The notes under the pieces were generated by a model. That model made no database searches, was not told where the DNA came from, and saw only the letters and a list, made by a program, of their open reading frames with translations. A stretch of 57,976 nucleotides of DNA from Pseudomonadota bacterium (GTDB taxonomy: Bacteria; Myxococcota_A; UBA9042; GCA-2863065), in contig CANMLD010000005.1 of NCBI GenBank assembly GCA_947498315.1, positions 1 to 57,976 of the forward strand, in the 5' to 3' direction. Below are positions 56,870 through 57,976 of the stretch, piece by piece; positions within the stretch are counted from its first letter, which is position 1, and each line of letters opens with the position of its first letter. A program made the translations under genes and the position numbers.

Positions 56870-57787
56870 TTGGATCCCATCACTTTCGACCAGCTTCACG
56901 TGTTCTTGACCATCGTCGAGACTGGCAGCTTCTCCGCGGCTGCGCGGCGCCTTAGGCGCGCTCAGTCGGCGGTCAGTTACGCCATCGCAAACCTCGAGCG
57001 TCTCCTGAGCGTCGAACTCTTCGACCGGTCCACCAGAACGCCGACCGTCACTGCCGTCGGACGGGCGCTGATTCCGGATTCGCGTTCTATCATCGCCCGC
57101 GTCCGCGAGCTCGAGTCTCACGCCCGGGCCCTGTCGGGTGGTCTCGAACCGAGAGTCGCGCTGGCGGTCGATGGGCTCTTTCCCGTCGAGCCCATCCTCA
57201 AGTCACTCTCGGCATTTCGCGATCAGTTCCCCCTCGTGCAGGTTGGTTTCTACAGCGAGATGCTCGGCGGCGTTGTCCACCATTTGGCGGAGGACCGCTG
57301 CGACTTCGGCATATCGACGCCGCTTCTAACGGAAGTCGAGGGCTACTCGTGGACCTATCTTACAGACGTGGAGCTCATCGCGGTCGTCTCGCGAGATCAT
57401 GTCCTTGCGAAGCTCGGCAGACCCTCCACACACGCCGATCTCCACAGCCACACCCAGCTCGTCATCACGGACCGTTCGCCCCTAACCGAAGGCCGTGACT
57501 TTGGCGTCATCTCCGGTTCGACGTGGCGGCTCGCCGACTTGCAGAGCAAGCTCTCTTGCCTCCTGCAGGGGCTCGGTTGGGGCAGTATGCCTCGGCACAC
57601 GGTGGCGAGCGATCTCGAGAGCGGCCGCCTCGTCCAGCTCGCGATCGAGGGCCAGGAGCCTGCAGTGTTAGCCCCCATGGCGCTCGTCCATCGCCGTGGC
57701 TACCAACCGGGCCCAGCGGCCGAGTGGCTTCTCGACCACCTGAAGCGAACGATCGCCGAGCACTGCCCGCCAAGTCGTCCGCTCTGA
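56870..57787 (+). CDS. LysR-family transcriptional regulator
   Basis: GSFSAAARRLRRAQSAVSYAIANLE HTH; GLGWGSMP; TTG start with a GAGGAG RBS. Confidence 0.93.
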   Translation: MDPITFDQLHVFLTIVETGSFSAAARRLRRAQSAVSYAIANLERLLSVELFDRSTRTPTVTAVGRALIPDSRSIIARVRELESHARALSGGLEPRVALAVDGLFPVEPILKSLSAFRDQFPLVQVGFYSEMLGGVVHHLAEDRCDFGISTPLLTEVEGYSWTYLTDVELIAVVSRDHVLAKLGRPSTHADLHSHTQLVITDRSPLTEGRDFGVISGSTWRLADLQSKLSCLLQGLGWGSMPRHTVASDLESGRLVQLAIEGQEPAVLAPMALVHRRGYQPGPAAEWLLDHLKRTIAEHCPPSRPL

Positions 57788-57859
57788 CCATCTCCGGCGC
57801 TACGTCTGCGCTCGGTGAGAGAAGCGGACGTTCTTGGGTTAGCGTGGCGCGACGAGAGC

Positions 57860-57976
57860 ATGGAAAGAGAAGCGCCTGACCACATCTTCACCGTCCTCTC
57901 GGCCGACGAGGACCAACACGGGCGCAACGCCGTTGGTGTAGATGGCCTCGACATCCGATGCATCTCGCAAGCCGAG
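57860..57976 (+). CDS. Possible start of a gene truncated by the window end
   Basis: ATG 57860 after GAGAG; open to the end of the window (MEREAPDHIFTVLSADED...). Confidence 0.3.
   Translation, partial: MEREAPDHIFTVLSADEDQHGRNAVGVDGLDIRCISQAE

Overview
This is GC-rich bacterial DNA. Cys-rich lipoproteins, MYXO-CTERM-like sorting signals, TraB-like barrel/OmpA modules and a DnaK paralogue suggest Myxococcota (inference). The centrepiece is a translationally coupled minus-strand operon (31062->13710) lying just downstream of a GAF-GGDEF diguanylate cyclase. It encodes a stand-alone outer-membrane barrel protein and two tandem, paralogous giant proteins of about 2,740 aa. Each giant has the layout: signal peptide, Cys-rich/jelly-roll-like modules, lamin-tail domain, long acidic TSP3-like stalk, INTERNAL MYXO-CTERM-like anchor, second signal peptide, barrel, TSP3 repeats, OmpA. 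This looks like a TraA/TraB-like pair encoded as one polyprotein. Just downstream is a small scarred island: a degenerate, internally deleted duplicate of the giant gene's 3' end, an intact AbrB-type antitoxin/Doc toxin pair with its own promoter and palindrome, and remnants of hypD and an AbiEi-like gene. The rest of the window holds a frameshifted ferritin-like lipoprotein, a CPBP protease, scoAB, slyD, a NUDIX hydrolase, VWA and phosphodiester-glycosidase surface proteins, Hsp70, a lytic transglycosylase, a PucC-like MFS, an orphan Dam methylase (DPAY), the hppD-hmgA-fah-maiA tyrosine catabolic operon, an intergenic 51-bp/heptamer repeat complex, a double-AAA ATPase and a LysR regulator. 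I saw no rRNA, tRNA, CRISPR array or transposase. All annotations come from reading motifs by eye; no database search was run.
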